NCBI RefSeq assembly: GCF_003334765.1
Contig: NZ_QOWT01000093.1
Direction: 5' to 3' (one strand)
DNA from: Escherichia coli
GTDB lineage: Bacteria > Pseudomonadota > Gammaproteobacteria > Enterobacterales > Enterobacteriaceae
Length of the DNA: 951 nt
Positions 1 through 951 of the stretch are shown here, in pieces. Within the stretch, counting starts at the first letter, position 1, and every line of letters begins with the position of its first letter. Both the position numbers and the translations under genes were made by a program. The notes under the pieces are model-generated. The model searched no databases and was not told where the DNA came from. It saw only the letters and a program-made list of their open reading frames with translations.

Positions 1-222
1 CCCCTGCAGCGGGTCATAATAGCGGTGGCGGTTGTAATACAGGCCGGACTCCTCATCATACTGCTGCCCCGGCAGGCGGATAAGCTGCTGCAGCTGATGC
101 GGGTTCTCTTCATTCAGCAGGTTGCCCCATTCATCGTATTCTGCGCACCATTCTGTTGCCCCTTCCGTGCTGATAAGCGCCAGCGGCAGGCCGCGATGGT
201 CGCAGTGGTACAGGTGGATTTT
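1..222 (-). other. RHS repeat-associated core domain (C-terminal end of the Rhs core, immediately before the expected autoproteolytic DPxGL junction)
   Basis: The translation [74 protein letters not shown] has the characteristic shape Y-x-x-D-H-x-G-x-P ... W ... Y-D-x-W-G ... Y-D-x-E-x-G-L-Y-Y-N-R-x-R-Y-Y-D-P-x-x-G-R of the conserved Rhs C-terminal core domain. The domain is cut by the window edge. Confidence 0.75.
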
Positions 223-951
223 TCGCGCCGGCGTGTACACCGGGTCCATCTGGTTTTGCATCTGCTCCACGGTCAGGCCGCACGATGCCAGCCAGCGGCG
301 GCTTTCCTCACTCACCCGGTCAGCCAGGATTTCACTTTCCAGCCGGTCGAGCATCTGCACCAGCACCGGCGGGAACACCACACTGCCACCGTCTTCGCCG
401 CCGGACTGCTGAAGCGCATCCGCCAGGCTGCGGCGCTGCGTTTTCGCCAGCTCACCGGTGGCGGTTTCAACTCTGATGAGTGGCGTGAAGCTCCCCGGCT
501 GATAAATCGTCTGGATGCGGGTTCTGTCGTTCTGTATTGTGGTCAGCCGGTCGCCGTCCCAGCCGTACCAGGTCACTTGCGGTTTCCGTGACAGCGACAT
601 CCAGCCCGTCAGGTCCCGTTCACGCCGCCACACCCGTTTTGCCACCCTGCGGCCCAGCGGGTCGTAAAGATAGCGACTTTCGACCAGCGGCTCTTCATAT
701 TGTGTCCGCGTGTAGTGCACCAGCCGGTGCTGACTGTCGTAATGGTACCGGTGAGTCCGCTCATCATCCGTGCGGATAACCCCTTCCGGGATGAGGTCGG
801 TTTTCTCTGTCAGCCTGCCGTGACGGTCATACCGGTAAAGATAGTGCGCGTCACGGGCGATACGGTTATCCGGCCACATGCTGAGGGTGCTGTCCGGGTG
901 CAGCTCCGGGTCGGGCAGGCGGTTACCTGCCGGGTCTGTGGCATACGGGAT
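1..951 (-). CDS. Rhs family protein, conserved core region (YD-repeat polymorphic toxin, RhsA/B/C-like); partial at both ends, internal fragment
   Basis: Reverse-complement translation in the frame whose codons end at position 1 gives 317 codons without a stop. The product contains YD-repeat motifs ([48 protein letters not shown]) and the Rhs signature [35 protein letters not shown]...[22 protein letters not shown], which I recognise from enterobacterial Rhs cores. GC-rich codon usage fits Rhs cores. No start or stop codon lies in the window, so the true gene ends are outside it. Confidence 0.93.
   Translation of the reverse strand, partial: MPYATDPAGNRLPDPELHPDSTLSMWPDNRIARDAHYLYRYDRHGRLTEKTDLIPEGVIRTDDERTHRYHYDSQHRLVHYTRTQYEEPLVESRYLYDPLGRRVAKRVWRRERDLTGWMSLSRKPQVTWYGWDGDRLTTIQNDRTRIQTIYQPGSFTPLIRVETATGELAKTQRRSLADALQQSGGEDGGSVVFPPVLVQMLDRLESEILADRVSEESRRWLASCGLTVEQMQNQMDPVYTPARKIHLYHCDHRGLPLALISTEGATEWCAEYDEWGNLLNEENPHQLQQLIRLPGQQYDEESGLYYNRHRYYDPLQG
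538..843 (-). other. Block of YD (RHS) repeat motifs within the Rhs core (protein-level repeats, beta-shell region)
   Basis: Four spaced motifs of the form aromatic-x-Y-D-x-x-G/H-R-L on the minus-strand translation: [12 protein letters not shown] (808..843), [12 protein letters not shown] (718..753), [12 protein letters not shown] (640..675), [12 protein letters not shown] (538..573). This matches the YD-repeat consensus GxxxRYxYDxxGRL. Confidence 0.75.

Noticed and set aside
1-96. Palindromic ctgcag sites (3..8 and 88..93) and the ctgctgcagctg run
   Set aside because: These are 6-bp palindromes that arise by chance and from Leu/Gln codons (LQG, HQLQQL). They are too short to indicate a regulatory operator or IS terminal inverted repeat.
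122-412. 96-aa + strand ORF from the supplied track
   Set aside because: Same reasoning: it is antisense to the Rhs core, overlaps the other spurious + strand ORFs in a different frame, and has a Ser/Arg/Pro-rich translation with no recognisable domain.
421-450. GC-rich segment followed by TTTT (cgccaggctgcggcgctgcgttttcgccag), resembling a Rho-independent terminator
   Set aside because: The repeats gctgcg...gctgcg and cgccag...cgccag are direct, not inverted, so no strong hairpin forms. The T-run is only 4 nt and the site is in the middle of a conserved coding region.
285-476. 63-aa + strand ORF from the supplied track
   Set aside because: A short, Pro/Ala/Gly/Arg-rich antisense artefact inside the Rhs core coding region.
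25-591. 188-aa + strand ORF from the supplied track
   Set aside because: It is antisense to the strongly supported Rhs core frame. The translation is Pro/Arg/Ala/Gln-rich and low-complexity with no recognisable motifs, as expected for the stop-poor antisense frame of a GC-rich gene.
598-600. Internal ATG codons on the minus strand (e.g. Met at 598..600, also Met at 877..879, 352..354, 259..261, 247..249) as possible alternative starts
   Set aside because: The reading frame is open and Rhs-like on both sides of each Met, so they are internal methionines of a continuous protein. No upstream stop or start context can be assessed within the window.
537-779. 80-aa + strand ORF from the supplied track
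   Set aside because: An antisense artefact inside the Rhs core coding region with no features of a real gene. An overlapping antisense gene cannot be formally excluded, but nothing in the sequence supports one.
1-951. Possibility that the window itself holds a novel toxin/immunity or defence system
   Set aside because: The whole window is accounted for by the conserved, well-described Rhs core with no room for an additional gene. The variable, potentially novel part of an Rhs locus lies beyond the left edge of the window.

Overview
The whole window is an internal fragment of one gene on the minus strand: the conserved core of an Rhs (YD-repeat) polymorphic-toxin protein of the enterobacterial RhsA/B/C type. 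Reading the reverse complement from position 951 down to 1 gives 317 codons with no stop, open at both ends: [317 protein letters not shown]. It carries repeated YD-type motifs and ends in the hallmark '...[15 protein letters not shown]' segment that lies just before the core/toxin junction in Rhs proteins. The supplied track lists only + strand ORFs, which I judge to be antisense artefacts of this GC-rich gene; the real ORF is absent from the track, presumably because it has no stop inside the window. I see no RNA genes, CRISPR, IS ends or convincing regulatory sites. I find no evidence of a previously undescribed system inside this window. Any novelty in an Rhs locus would sit in the variable C-terminal toxin tip and immunity gene, which lie just beyond the left edge (below coordinate 1). 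Paralog identity (rhsA, B, C etc.) cannot be resolved from this conserved core, so no gene symbol is given.
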